64,000 nucleotides of DNA, from positions 19,228 through 83,227 of the IMG/VR virus record IMGVR_UViG_3300021518_000005; one strand, written 5' to 3'. Shown piece after piece: positions 1 through 9,862 of this stretch (position 1 is the first letter of the stretch; each line of letters begins with the position of its first letter). The position numbers were made by a program, and so were the translations under genes. Under the pieces are notes generated by a model. The model did not search any database and was not told the origin of the DNA. It saw only the letters and a program-made list of their open reading frames with translations. The stretch is from a virus.

Positions 1-100
1 ATCTCGACAGTAGTAACGCGGAATATAAAAGCAATCATGAACTGTTTCCCCTCGACTCGGCTAGGCATTAGTGTCACGCCTAGCCGAGTCGAAATGCGTA

Positions 101-589
101 TCACGCTAATGCCATTCGAGTTTTACCAGCTACCTTCCTGCTGCCGTGCTTATCACGAATATCATCCATATCCATGGTGCCACGGCGCTTTTTGCGCTCA
201 CCCCCACCAGTGTGATACCACATCTTCTTTTGCCCGCTGAACAGGAAGCCAGCTGCCTTAAGCCGATCCTTGACGGGATAGGTGTCACCACTTACCCATA
301 TCCAAGTACCACAAATTTCAATCTCGACACCAGGAAGCGCAATGATCTGATCGAGAATAGCCTGCAAGTTGAGAATGGATTCTTCTGTTTCACGGCTGTA
401 CTTCTCACCACTTTCAGCACGATATGCGCCTGTTACCAGCCATTCAAACTCATTGTTAATTCGCTTCATGTGTTCGGTATACACATCCTCTTCTCCACGA
501 TGTAAGTCAGGATGGTATTCCTTCACAAGCTTGCGATACTCGACTTTGATGTCCTCGACGGTGGTAGCGGCAAAGTATTGGCGTTGCAT
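101..589 (-). CDS. J-domain (DnaJ-like) protein
   Basis: IKVEYRKLVKEYHPDL with HPD motif; start moved to ATG 589, downstream of the promoter. Confidence 0.8.
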   Translation of the reverse strand: MQRQYFAATTVEDIKVEYRKLVKEYHPDLHRGEEDVYTEHMKRINNEFEWLVTGAYRAESGEKYSRETEESILNLQAILDQIIALPGVEIEICGTWIWVSGDTYPVKDRLKAAGFLFSGQKKMWYHTGGGERKKRRGTMDMDDIRDKHGSRKVAGKTRMALA

Positions 590-629
590 GGTGGTATCCT
601 CGTGACTAGTGCATCTATCAACTGATAGT

Positions 630-658
630 ATCTTACCATATCGGTAAGAACTTGTCAA
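630..658 (-). promoter_or_regulatory. sigma70 promoter with palindromic operator, copy 1
   Basis: TTGACA-17-TAAGAT; TCTTACC-ATATC-GGTAAGA at 631-649. Confidence 0.85.
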
Positions 659-663
659 GCACC

Positions 664-712
664 AAAATACGACACGGCGGATGGGGTTTCGTCCATCCGC
701 CGTGTCGTATTT
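664..712. terminator. intrinsic terminator hairpin
   Basis: aaaatacgacacggcggatgg...ccatccgccgtgtcgtatttt inverted repeat. Confidence 0.75.
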
Positions 713-721
713 ACCATGTCA

Positions 722-955
722 TTAGCGTGTTATCATCACTTCACGATACTCGCAACTGCCAACCAAATTCCCGCTTTCAACCTCCTGGATGTAGACCACA
801 TAATCATTTGCATAATGCACTGATGCAGTACGTGCATTATGGATCGCCCACTCCCGATCTGAGTTGATGTAAGGCGGGCAAGCCGGAAGAGACTGGACAA
901 CACCCTCACCGATTGTAGCGCAGTTACGCACCTTCTCAATTTTGAGCTGATACAT
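722..955 (-). CDS. hypothetical protein
   Basis: ORF in tightly coupled minus-strand operon. Confidence 0.55.
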   Translation of the reverse strand: MYQLKIEKVRNCATIGEGVVQSLPACPPYINSDREWAIHNARTASVHYANDYVVYIQEVESGNLVGSCEYREVMITR

Positions 956-1260
956 TATCTTGGCGTCCTTTCGCTGTAATGATAGACGCAAAACATGTCG
1001 GGACGTGTGCGATCAATGCCGAATTCACTCTCAGCAATGCTTAGGGACAATTTACCGTCTGAGGATTCAAGCCAAGCATCGCGCCGATTCACGCAATCGG
1101 CTATGTTTTTACCCTGAAACGTAATGCGGGCAATTTCTAAATCGATATGATCCCCATACTTACCGGAAAGAAGATAAGCAACTGCATGGTCTCTAGTCAC
1201 AACTTGGCCGTCGATTACACTGTACGATGCCTTGTGTACATAATCTAATTTGTACGCCAT
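955..1260 (-). CDS. hypothetical protein
   Basis: ORF coupled to neighbours. Confidence 0.55.
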   Translation of the reverse strand: MAYKLDYVHKASYSVIDGQVVTRDHAVAYLLSGKYGDHIDLEIARITFQGKNIADCVNRRDAWLESSDGKLSLSIAESEFGIDRTRPDMFCVYHYSERTPR

Positions 1261-1264
1261 GAGC

Positions 1265-1510
1265 TTACTCCTCATCCTGTGCTACATAATCCACAGACAT
1301 AATGATGCCATCGCTGTCGTAGATCCATCCCTGCGCATTAGTGGCCTTGAAGTTCACGTCTACTAAGCCAGCCCCACAATCAACGGCCATGCTTCCCTCA
1401 CAAGATACGGCACATGCACCTTGCACGAAACGCATATGCCCCTGCAATGTGTGATGAACTTCATAAGCAGATCGAGTAGTAAGCGTGTCGCGGTTGATGC
1501 GGATTGTCAT
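1265..1510 (-). CDS. hypothetical protein
   Basis: GGAG SD before ATG 1510, downstream of promoter copy 2. Confidence 0.6.
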   Translation of the reverse strand: MTIRINRDTLTTRSAYEVHHTLQGHMRFVQGACAVSCEGSMAVDCGAGLVDVNFKATNAQGWIYDSDGIIMSVDYVAQDEE

Positions 1511-1553
1511 GATTTTTCTCCCTAAACAGGATGCGGCGGATGCAACTGACAGT

Positions 1554-1582
1554 ATCTTACCACGTCGGTAAGATACTGTCAA
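1554..1582 (-). promoter_or_regulatory. promoter/operator copy 2
   Basis: TTGACA-17-TAAGAT; extended palindrome tgacagtatcttacc-acgtc-ggtaagatactgtca. Confidence 0.85.
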
Positions 1583-1590
1583 GCACCAAA

Positions 1591-1627
1591 ATAGCCCATT
1601 GGAAATGTTTTTCCAATGGGCTAAAAA
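1591..1627. terminator. intrinsic terminator hairpin
   Basis: tagcccattggaaa...tttccaatgggcta flanked by A runs. Confidence 0.7.
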
Positions 1628-1675
1628 GAAGCCAGTACGACTAATTTCCTTGAAGGATATTCAGTTCCTCTGCTG

Positions 1676-1966
1676 TTATAGTGTACAGGGTGAATGAACG
1701 ATCTTTGTTTCAGCTACTTGCTCTATACCGCTTCGGTAGTACTTTCGCCACACGTCGCCATTTTCCTCACCATAACCTGTTACCTGAAATGTGACACCAG
1801 GAAACAGGTACGACAATTTGATCATGCTCTCACTATGATCGTACCATTTGACTTTGACAGAGACGCAATCAATGTATCCTGATATATCGGCAAGACGATC
1901 CCGCCACATTGCAGGCTCATTCCCTGCAATCACTTCGATTTTGTATGAGGTGTAGTATCCCATCAT
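1676..1966 (-). CDS. hypothetical phage protein
   Basis: MGYYT... ORF with AGGAG SD. Confidence 0.6.
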   Translation of the reverse strand: MMGYYTSYKIEVIAGNEPAMWRDRLADISGYIDCVSVKVKWYDHSESMIKLSYLFPGVTFQVTGYGEENGDVWRKYYRSGIEQVAETKIVHSPCTL

Positions 1967-2201
1967 TTCTCCTTGTGGCCTGACGCATACGATCACTTCT
2001 CGATATACAACTGTGGCCGTGCTGGTGGATTTACAAGATCAACAGTCAATGTGTCGTACCGCTCCCCGAATGTCGGCAACCTATAGGAACCATCATTGAT
2101 CGCATCCTGCACCACATCATCAAAGTCAGGAAAGGCATATCCGTGTTCGACATACCAGTTATCAGCCTCGATTTTATTAGCCTCGTAATCAGGTCGCATG
2201 A

Positions 2202-2651
2202 TCAGTTATCCTCCATCATAACTAGAATTGGTAATTTTGGCGGCGTAGATACACGCCATGTTTGCGGGTGTTCTGGTGGGCCAATGGGTTGCAATGCCTT
2301 TTTAGCCTCATATAGACCTTCTTCATAATCAAATGTACGCGCAGAAGGGTATTTTGTATAATATCCATTTACATCCTCCGCCACTCTTTGATTGTGTAAT
2401 GCGATTGATTCCGCCCAGGAAGATAACGACAAGTCAGGAGTTATTTCCTTGCCTGTTTCATCAAACACAGTAACAAGACCAACCTCCAACTCATCATACT
2501 CGTCGTTATATACTAATTCGCTAGACACCTTAAACGAATGCGCCTTGTCGCCGTAGTATTCTCGTACAAAATCAGCATATGATTGCCAATGCAATGATGC
2601 ACGCATAGCATACAATGCTGTTTCGATCTCTTGCTCCGTTAGTGTTTTCAT
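2202..2651 (-). CDS. hypothetical protein
   Basis: 149 aa ORF with coupled stop/start. Confidence 0.6.
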   Translation of the reverse strand: MKTLTEQEIETALYAMRASLHWQSYADFVREYYGDKAHSFKVSSELVYNDEYDELEVGLVTVFDETGKEITPDLSLSSWAESIALHNQRVAEDVNGYYTKYPSARTFDYEEGLYEAKKALQPIGPPEHPQTWRVSTPPKLPILVMMEDN

Positions 2652-3007
2652 ACTTGGTCATCTTCTTCCGCGCTCAACTGCCGAGCGCCTTTCATCATCC
2701 ATGGCTCGATTGCGATCGTTCCTAAACACTTCTCTAACGTTGGGATAAACCCGTAATCTTCCAGTACATGCTGCTCCGCAATTAATCGTGTTGGCACCTC
2801 CTTTGTATCTGATACTCGTGTTAGTGTGACACCAAAGATCTGCTCACACAGAAAAATACCAAATGAGTTGTGGAGCAATAACCGATGCCGACAATCAGCA
2901 AGATGCGCTTTTGTTTGATCGAACCAGTTGTGAATGTGTATGTAATCCTCTGGTTGACCACCGAACTTCCGCGCCGATGATTTTGCATGATAATATGGAT
3001 GGCTCAC
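2648..3007 (-). CDS. DUF6915-like protein
   Basis: SHPYYHAKSSARKFGG..DY..IH.WFD..K...HR...H signature. Confidence 0.7.
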   Translation of the reverse strand: MSHPYYHAKSSARKFGGQPEDYIHIHNWFDQTKAHLADCRHRLLLHNSFGIFLCEQIFGVTLTRVSDTKEVPTRLIAEQHVLEDYGFIPTLEKCLGTIAIEPWMMKGARQLSAEEDDQV

Positions 3008-3436
3008 GAAAGACTCTCCGTAATAAATGTAATTGTGTATGTGTACCACAACCGACCGTATTCAGTTAATGTTACAATCGTTTGCGGATGTACGCTAATA
3101 AGCCTCGTATTGTATTGCCAGTCATCATCTTCATGAACTAATTCCATAGCCTGCCCGATAGCTTCGTCCAGTTCTAGCCCTTCACCTGAAAATGCCCATG
3201 GAAGTATCATGTTTAACCCTCCCTTGATTCGAGCACCATCATAAATTGATCCTCGGTCACAATACACACTGAAATCTTGTGGTCTGTCCAGTTTTCATAC
3301 GGGGAATATACGTCTAATGCTATCTCAATACCCCTGCGATGTGCCAGGAATTCACTTTCTGCTACAACAGTTGCGGCGCAACACCCCACCACTTGATCGC
3401 CTTTACGTGCCGATAACGCCAATCCATAAATATTCA

Positions 3437-4417
3437 TCATACATCCTTATGAATACAGACAAGATACGTTGATACGCCAGTGGGTCTATCACTCTCCAAG
3501 AATGCCCCATCTGGTAGCTTTTCAGCGATACCACCAACCGCATCAAGCCATGTACGAAATGCCACCGCTTTTTTTGTCGCCTGGAAGAATGGCGATGCGC
3601 TCATGACACTTACCATTTTTCCGCCATGCTTAAGTAGATCATACATATGCTGGACATGGGCAACATCTTGTAATTGCTCGAATGGCGGATTAGCAATGAT
3701 TCGATTATAGATACCAGGCTGATCGAATTCCATAAAATCATCAGCAATCAGCACATGGCCTTTCAGCTCAAGGATTTCGCGCAATCGCCAATTACACTCG
3801 ATAACATCAAGCCGCGCATCAGGATAGGTAGATCGCACCTGATCGGCAATACTTCCTTTGCCTGCACTTGGTTCCAACACACGCATACCTGACTGAATAT
3901 CTGCAAGCCACAACATCCGCGTAATAACCGATTGCGGCGTTGGGAAATAGCCTGGAATATCTAGGCCGACTAAGGCGCGCTCCCGTTGCACAATCTCACG
4001 TTCACGATCTGGCACCTGCGGCACATCCTGGGCTAACGCTAGGAGCATGACACGAGCAGCATCATACGTATGCTCATTCAGGCCCAACGCAAGCACTTTT
4101 GAATACGAATCATAGTGCGGCTTTGGACATTCTCCGTAGGTGCAAAGTAATTCCACGGCTGCCTTGGTTTTGACTTCTGCCAGCAACGACGGCACAATAC
4201 CAATGTCGTGCGCCCGTGCTAGCCCGCGTAGCAATGCTTGCAGCTGCTCCAATATATCAGCTTCGCGCTCCATAGCATCAATGATACGCATGCGTCGCGC
4301 CGTAGGCCGCTGCTGCGCTGTGCTGCTATTTCGTTTCTGCTGAATGGTTTTGTCAAGTGTCTGAGCAGCTTTGTATAGCCGCTCAGACACCATTGACGTG
4401 CGTTGTGTTGTGGTCAT
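3437..4417 (-). CDS. SAM-dependent (N6-adenine type) DNA methyltransferase-like protein
   Basis: YFPTP, VLEPSAGKG (motif I), IANPPF (motif IV). Confidence 0.8.
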   Translation of the reverse strand: MTTTQRTSMVSERLYKAAQTLDKTIQQKRNSSTAQQRPTARRMRIIDAMEREADILEQLQALLRGLARAHDIGIVPSLLAEVKTKAAVELLCTYGECPKPHYDSYSKVLALGLNEHTYDAARVMLLALAQDVPQVPDREREIVQRERALVGLDIPGYFPTPQSVITRMLWLADIQSGMRVLEPSAGKGSIADQVRSTYPDARLDVIECNWRLREILELKGHVLIADDFMEFDQPGIYNRIIANPPFEQLQDVAHVQHMYDLLKHGGKMVSVMSASPFFQATKKAVAFRTWLDAVGGIAEKLPDGAFLESDRPTGVSTYLVCIHKDV

Positions 4418-5505
4418 CGTAAACTCATCGGCATAATCACATGGACATAATCGCTCATGTTACCAACAGGACGCACAACAAGCGGCTGTGTGCTACTTTG
4501 CGTCTCAATAGACACTGTTTGCGTATCAAGTCGTGCTAGCACTTCCAGGAAGTAGAGTACGTTAATGGCAATAACCCCAACACCAGTAACGACAGCATCA
4601 ACATCACCTTGATTATCGCCCACCTCAGCAGCATTAGCACTCAACGTAATACCATCCGATGCCATTTCGAGCTTGATAACGTTTTGCGCATTGACTGCAA
4701 ACAACTTCGCAAGATTGACCGCTCGAATGAGTGCAAGCCGATCAACTACTGCCCGCGCCGTATACGAATCCGGCAGAATACGGCGGAAATCGGGATATTT
4801 TCCCTCGATTAGCCGAGACATGACTTGTGTCTCGTTGTCACTAAAAAAGACCTGATTAGCTGTCATGGCAACATGGCACGTATCGCCATGTAAGACTGAT
4901 GCAACGAGGGCCACGGTGCGCGCCGGAATAATGATCGGCGCATCCTCTTCGCCCTCAACTGCCAGCGTCTCTACGGCCATGCGAAAACCGTCTGCTGCTG
5001 CAATACTCAGTGCATTGTTGCGGCGCTCTAAAAGCACGCCAGCGAGCACGGGGCGGCTATCATCAGTTGCCGCTGCAATACCGACGCGCTCAAATGCATG
5101 CAGCAGTAACGCGCTAGGAAATGTATCTACAAAATCAGTCGGCATCGCGGGAACGGATGGAAACTCATCAGCATCAATACCCCTAATGCTTGTCTTAAAT
5201 CTTGATGCCTGTACCTGCAATGTTGCTTTTGTATTATCCCATGCCAGTGTCACGTCACCCTCTGGCAGCGCAGACACGACATCGGAGAGAAGTTTGAACG
5301 GAACAGTACCAGACCAATCCATAGTACTACGCGCCTGTAGTTTTGTGGTAATAGCCGTGTCGAGATTAGTACTACTCAGCGTTAACGTACTATCCTCGAC
5401 GCGCATGAGTACATTTGAGAGTACCGGCAACGTCGTTTTACCTGCGACCGACCGACCGACCAAGTTCAATTTTTTCTTAAACTCACCTTGTTGCACCGTT
5501 GTCAT
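4414..5505 (-). CDS. dnaN: DNA polymerase III beta sliding clamp
   Basis: 363 aa; LPVLSNVL, STNLD, SRPVLAGV, AADGFRMA, SRLIEGKYPDF, C-terminal VIMPM. Confidence 0.95.
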   Translation of the reverse strand: MTTVQQGEFKKKLNLVGRSVAGKTTLPVLSNVLMRVEDSTLTLSSTNLDTAITTKLQARSTMDWSGTVPFKLLSDVVSALPEGDVTLAWDNTKATLQVQASRFKTSIRGIDADEFPSVPAMPTDFVDTFPSALLLHAFERVGIAAATDDSRPVLAGVLLERRNNALSIAAADGFRMAVETLAVEGEEDAPIIIPARTVALVASVLHGDTCHVAMTANQVFFSDNETQVMSRLIEGKYPDFRRILPDSYTARAVVDRLALIRAVNLAKLFAVNAQNVIKLEMASDGITLSANAAEVGDNQGDVDAVVTGVGVIAINVLYFLEVLARLDTQTVSIETQSSTQPLVVRPVGNMSDYVHVIMPMSLR

Positions 5506-5880
5506 TTTTGCTTCTCCGCAAGTGTTGCAAGACCGAAAAGTGTTGCGATTGCTAATGTAATAATAAGATGGCGTGATGTATCCGGAAAATCCAAAGCGTA
5601 TGCCAGTAAGATGATAAAGACGAATCCGCCAATAAATCGCCGAATTTGACTACTGGCTGCCATGTACTTCCTCGTATGCTAGCGCTGCATCCACAATGGA
5701 TGCATAAATACGGCTAGCAGAGGCCAGCAACAAATCACGAACAGCCTGTTCAATACGATCCTTCCAGGCGTTGTAATCGCCCGACTGAATAGCATCACGA
5801 ATAGTGGTGTCAAAGGACATTTCAGCTTCAATCATTGTTAATACCTTTCCCATATCACTCCTTTCTGTTTACCTGAGAAC

Positions 5881-5909
5881 ATCTTACCATGTCGGTAAGA
5901 AAATGTCAA
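5881..5909 (-). promoter_or_regulatory. promoter/operator copy 3
   Basis: TTGACA-17-TAAGAT with TCTTACC-ATGTC-GGTAAGA. Confidence 0.85.
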
Positions 5910-6517
5910 ACAAAAAAGCGCGCAATCGTTATTTCACGAAAACGCGCTTTTCTATAATTACGCTGGTTGCTGGATGACCTCCTCCAAAATCTCTCCTATA
6001 TCCTCGTGGCTCATGCCCAGAAACTGAGCACGCTTCACGAGAAACGCTAGCTCTGTCATGAGCCAGTAGCGACACTCTTCCGGCCCAACATCCATCAGCG
6101 TGTGCCTATAAAACGTTTGAAATTCCCCTTCAGCGGTCTCCACAATACTTAATTCACGATGCTTGATGTCCTCTGGCTTTGGCACGCTCCCCACAAGATA
6201 CCCCAATGTCCGATGCGAACGAACCAGCTGTCTCATCGCAGCCCCCTTAATCGAGCCTCGTACAATAATCCCTTGGCATATTGTACCATGTCATCACCAT
6301 GCGGCTTGCCAGTAATACGGCATAGTTCCAAATGTGTAGACTGTCGCTCTGAGTCCAGCACTCGCAGCTCTTCTAGGCTGTATTGGCCGCTTCCAATTTG
6401 CTGGACAAGATCGACATACTCTTGGCACATATCCAACAAATGAGTATCCATAAAAAGAGATTCCTTTGCAGCTAGAACAGCATCGCCATAGCGTGCAACT
6501 CTACCTACTTGCGAACT

Positions 6518-7468
6518 TCATCCATCGCTTGCTTGCGCTCCATATCCACGAGGAAACTCCTGTATCTGTAAATCAGCTGGAATGTCATGCTCACCTTTGC
6601 CCGAAAATACAAAACTTCCCATTTGCTTCATAAAAAACGCAGTGCCTGCTAATTCACACTGGTTACGTATCGAGCGCGCCCATTGTGCTTCCATACGGCG
6701 CGCTTTGGTACCGCTCTCCCCGCCAACAATTACCCAATGAATTGGCCGTTCACACGCCAACTCTTTTTCAAATCCGTCTTTCATCCAACGATAGCCAGAA
6801 AGCATATCCCAATATATTGCGCCATCACCGTATTCGTCGCCCTGGTGTTCTGTTACCGTGAAATCTATCGGCCCTAGCAGCGGCTCACAACTCAAAAATC
6901 GAACCTTTGCAGGAATTTGCACCAGATATGAGATGCGTTCCTCCGCCACGGACTGACTTTCAACAGATGTACCAACCCATACATTTGATGGCATCGTAGG
7001 ACTGTTGTCTGCTGTAAACACAAACATATCAGCTCCCCAACGCGCTGGCATATAGCGCGCAATGTTTTGTGGTCGCTTAGTCAGCAACAACCAATCGAGA
7101 TGTGGTGTTTCCTCAATAAGCGCCCATAAACGCACACGAGCGGCCTGTACAAGCGGCCATGCCTCTTCTGGCATTGTTTCAGGCCCCTCAAAGACATCGG
7201 CCAATGAAGCACAAAAGACTCTGTGCCGTTCTCCTGCCTTCTCAGCGGTCTTATTCCATTTATGCGGCTGCCGCCAATAGGATTCAGACGCGATTACACG
7301 CGATCCCTGCACGCCCCAAACACCCAACACACCAGGATTACGCTTGCTCATCGCGTCAGCGTAACAGAATTTACAGCCGTCCGATACTTTTGTACAGCCT
7401 CGCCACGGGTTGAATGTATGATGCGTCCATGAGATGTGACTGTTTTCTGCCATGGCTATCTGCTCCAT
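6518..7468 (-). CDS. DUF5131 / phage Gp37-Gp68 family protein
   Basis: ISWTHHTFNPWRGCTKVSDGCKFCYA, LLLTKRP, FLSCEPLLG, WVIVGGESG. Confidence 0.9.
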   Translation of the reverse strand: MEQIAMAENSHISWTHHTFNPWRGCTKVSDGCKFCYADAMSKRNPGVLGVWGVQGSRVIASESYWRQPHKWNKTAEKAGERHRVFCASLADVFEGPETMPEEAWPLVQAARVRLWALIEETPHLDWLLLTKRPQNIARYMPARWGADMFVFTADNSPTMPSNVWVGTSVESQSVAEERISYLVQIPAKVRFLSCEPLLGPIDFTVTEHQGDEYGDGAIYWDMLSGYRWMKDGFEKELACERPIHWVIVGGESGTKARRMEAQWARSIRNQCELAGTAFFMKQMGSFVFSGKGEHDIPADLQIQEFPRGYGAQASDG

Positions 7469-8349
7469 AGAAAGTCAATAATCTGAGCCAGTCGAATAAC
7501 GTCAATCGTTACCGCGTCTTCCCGTGGCGCTTTTGCTGTTCCCCTGCCAGCAAACCAGCCAGCCGGATGAAGGAACCATGTTGTTAATTCGTCGGCAATA
7601 GCACGATCCTCCTCTGACTTGTCAATGTACTGAATAGCATGCTCAATAAGCTTGCCTACGTGCGTTTCGCTCCACTCTGTCGCACGCTGGATACCAATCG
7701 TATTTGTCTCGTAATTAACAAACATGACCATTCGAGCGCCATGCTCATAGGCCGCGCTTGTCGCAAAGGGCGGCGCATTCTCAAGTACCACAAAATACCC
7801 GTCATCACTTTGATATGTCATACTCGATACAAGTGCTTGCTGCGCCTGGTGACGCGCCAGCAACTGAGTATTAAGGGCATCGAGCACATCAAACGCCCAT
7901 GTCGTCAACTGCTCATCATCCCACCTTGCGGCCTTGTGCGCGCTTAAAAGCGCATGGATGCCGATCTTTCGAGACCAATCAGCACCATCCGCAGCAATAC
8001 CAAGATCACCAGCTGTTACCATATTGATAAGCGGAATGAGATGCTGTACCGATGCTACGCCTGTCGAGATCAGGAAACTGTACACCAGTTCAGCAGCTGA
8101 TGTATTAGCTTCGTGACCTGCCAACTGGTGATGATCGAATCGTAGTGTTTTGCGATCATAGACCTTTCCAGTGTCTACAACTGCCGTGGCATCTGCCAGA
8201 ATAGCAGGATCAGGATTGCCCGTGTTGACAAAAATCAACTCAGCATCATTGAATTCAGGATAAAAACGAACAAGCTGCCATGCCGCTGTTAAACAATCCC
8301 AATCTGGCGACACGTGCAATACAATCGTTGTCAATTGAAGCCCCCTCAT
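7456..8349 (-). CDS. MYG1/DHH-like phosphoesterase
   Basis: H.SPDWD, VVDTG..YD, FDHHQ, SAA motifs. Confidence 0.55.
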   Translation of the reverse strand: MRGLQLTTIVLHVSPDWDCLTAAWQLVRFYPEFNDAELIFVNTGNPDPAILADATAVVDTGKVYDRKTLRFDHHQLAGHEANTSAAELVYSFLISTGVASVQHLIPLINMVTAGDLGIAADGADWSRKIGIHALLSAHKAARWDDEQLTTWAFDVLDALNTQLLARHQAQQALVSSMTYQSDDGYFVVLENAPPFATSAAYEHGARMVMFVNYETNTIGIQRATEWSETHVGKLIEHAIQYIDKSEEDRAIADELTTWFLHPAGWFAGRGTAKAPREDAVTIDVIRLAQIIDFLWSR

Positions 8350-8580
8350 GCGAACACAGCGAGCAGTTTAACTCGCTGTGTTCGCATGGACTACTACTCT
8401 TCCGGCCAAAACACAATAACTGAAAACACAACCGCCGTTACGATCATCGCCGTGATTGCCATGATGTACACCTGGAACGACACGGTGTACACCGACACGA
8501 GAAACAGGCCTACAAGGATGAGCGCGAGTATGCTGATGATAAGAATCGGCATCCGTGTACTCCTTCACTGAACTTGATGT

Positions 8581-8609
8581 ATCTTACCATATCGGTAAGA
8601 ACTTGTCAA
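8581..8609 (-). promoter_or_regulatory. promoter/operator copy 4
   Basis: core identical to copy 1. Confidence 0.85.
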
Positions 8610-8834
8610 GCCCTTTGTGAAGGCGTAAACCCTACTTGTACCGTGCAATAAGCCCGAACGCAGTAGCGATACCGACACTCATAGTTAATACAACGACCCA
8701 TGCCATAGATACATCAACATAAACGCCAATAACGAGCGCCAGCATGCCAGATGCAAGTACTGCCAACAACCCGTACATCACTTTGTTTGTCATGTCCATA
8801 TTTCCTGTAATAAAAAAGGAGGTATACCGCGTGC

Positions 8835-8864
8835 ATCTTACCACAGTGGTACGAGGCATGTCAA
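8835..8864 (-). promoter_or_regulatory. promoter/operator copy 5 (degenerate)
   Basis: TTGACA-18-TAAGAT; TCTTACC-ACAGT-GGTACGA. Confidence 0.7.
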
Positions 8865-8908
8865 CATTGCCACCGTCTGAGACAAACGAGTGCAAGCAAA
8901 AGACCGTA

Positions 8909-9370
8909 ACACCCCCTGCGTAAATCCACACCTACCCCTGTGCGTTTCCACACCCCCCCTGTGGATTCCCGCACCCGCATTGCAAAGCCGTAAATCGCCA
9001 ATTACACGGTATCATACGTATCTCTTCATGCCGTGAGAATGGCAGTATTCCGCGTCTCAATGCGAAGTGTGGAAACGCGCACCACCCCTGTGGAAATACA
9101 CAGGTATTTCGACCATTTCGTCGGAAATTTCGACCATTTCGTCGGAAATTTCGACCATTTCGTCGGTAGAAGTAATCGGGGTTTGCGCCATTTCAAAGCC
9201 GTAAAATGCCACAAAATTTTAAGGGAATCATATACATGAATCATATACATGAATCATATACATTTTTTGCATTTTTTTTGCGCATTTTTTTTGCGCATTT
9301 TTTTTGCGGCACTAGCGCGCTGCGCTTGCTCGCTCACTGCGTTCGCGCTGCCCCAATTTCGCTTCGCTCT
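8909..9370. repeat. origin-like repeat region A
   Basis: three ~21-nt CCCCTG..CCACAC-type units, with an inverted copy at 9067-9078; ATTTCGACCATTTCGTCGGAA x3 (9106-9166); GAATCATATACAT x3 (9225-9263); T-rich TTTTTTTGCGC repeats. Confidence 0.7.
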
Positions 9371-9670
9371 TTTTCCAGGCATTCCGGACATGCCTAGACA
9401 GGGTAATAGAGAGACTGGCAGAACGTACTTCCTTTATTTGGACGAAACGCATTTCATCCATGGGAAGAATAAAAACGATCCTCAACCTATTTGATGTACT
9501 ACGCGCTTAATCTCTTACCATCTACGACAGGATCACCGGAACAGTATTCTATGTGTGTTTGTGAAATGTTTCACCTCATAAACGTGGTGGAATTGAGCGG
9601 AATGCATAATTTGACTCTATCACCACAAGTGCTACAATAGCAACATATAGTCAGTTGAAAAACAGAGGGG

Positions 9671-9862
9671 GTGATGATGGAAGAGAAATTGAAAACGGGT
9701 GAAGCGGCTCGATTGATCGGAGTCCACATTCAAACGATACGACGATGGGCAGCTGCGGGACTGATTAAGACATTGACATTACCAAGCGGGCAACGGTTGG
9801 TCTATCGTTCGGAGGTGGAACGCATTGTAGGAAAACGTGAGCATGTGGAGAAGGCATTGTGA
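9671..9862 (+). CDS. MerR/excisionase-type HTH DNA-binding protein
   Basis: LKTGEAARLIGVHIQTIRRW...GQR; upstream TTGACT-17-TACAAT promoter. Confidence 0.85.
   Translation: MMMEEKLKTGEAARLIGVHIQTIRRWAAAGLIKTLTLPSGQRLVYRSEVERIVGKREHVEKAL

Noticed and set aside
590-658. Shared N-terminal peptide MTxSYRYGK on several ORFs (658, 1582, 47393, 55324, 56341)
   Set aside because: It is the translation of the TTGACA-operator promoter with TTG called as a start; the real starts lie downstream
4865-5560. Long antisense ORFs (also 27907-28539, 29896-30534, 63125-63718)
   Set aside because: Shadows of well-supported genes on the opposite strand
9106-9263. CRISPR array in the 21-nt and 13-nt repeats
   Set aside because: Head-to-tail tandem repeats with no spacers
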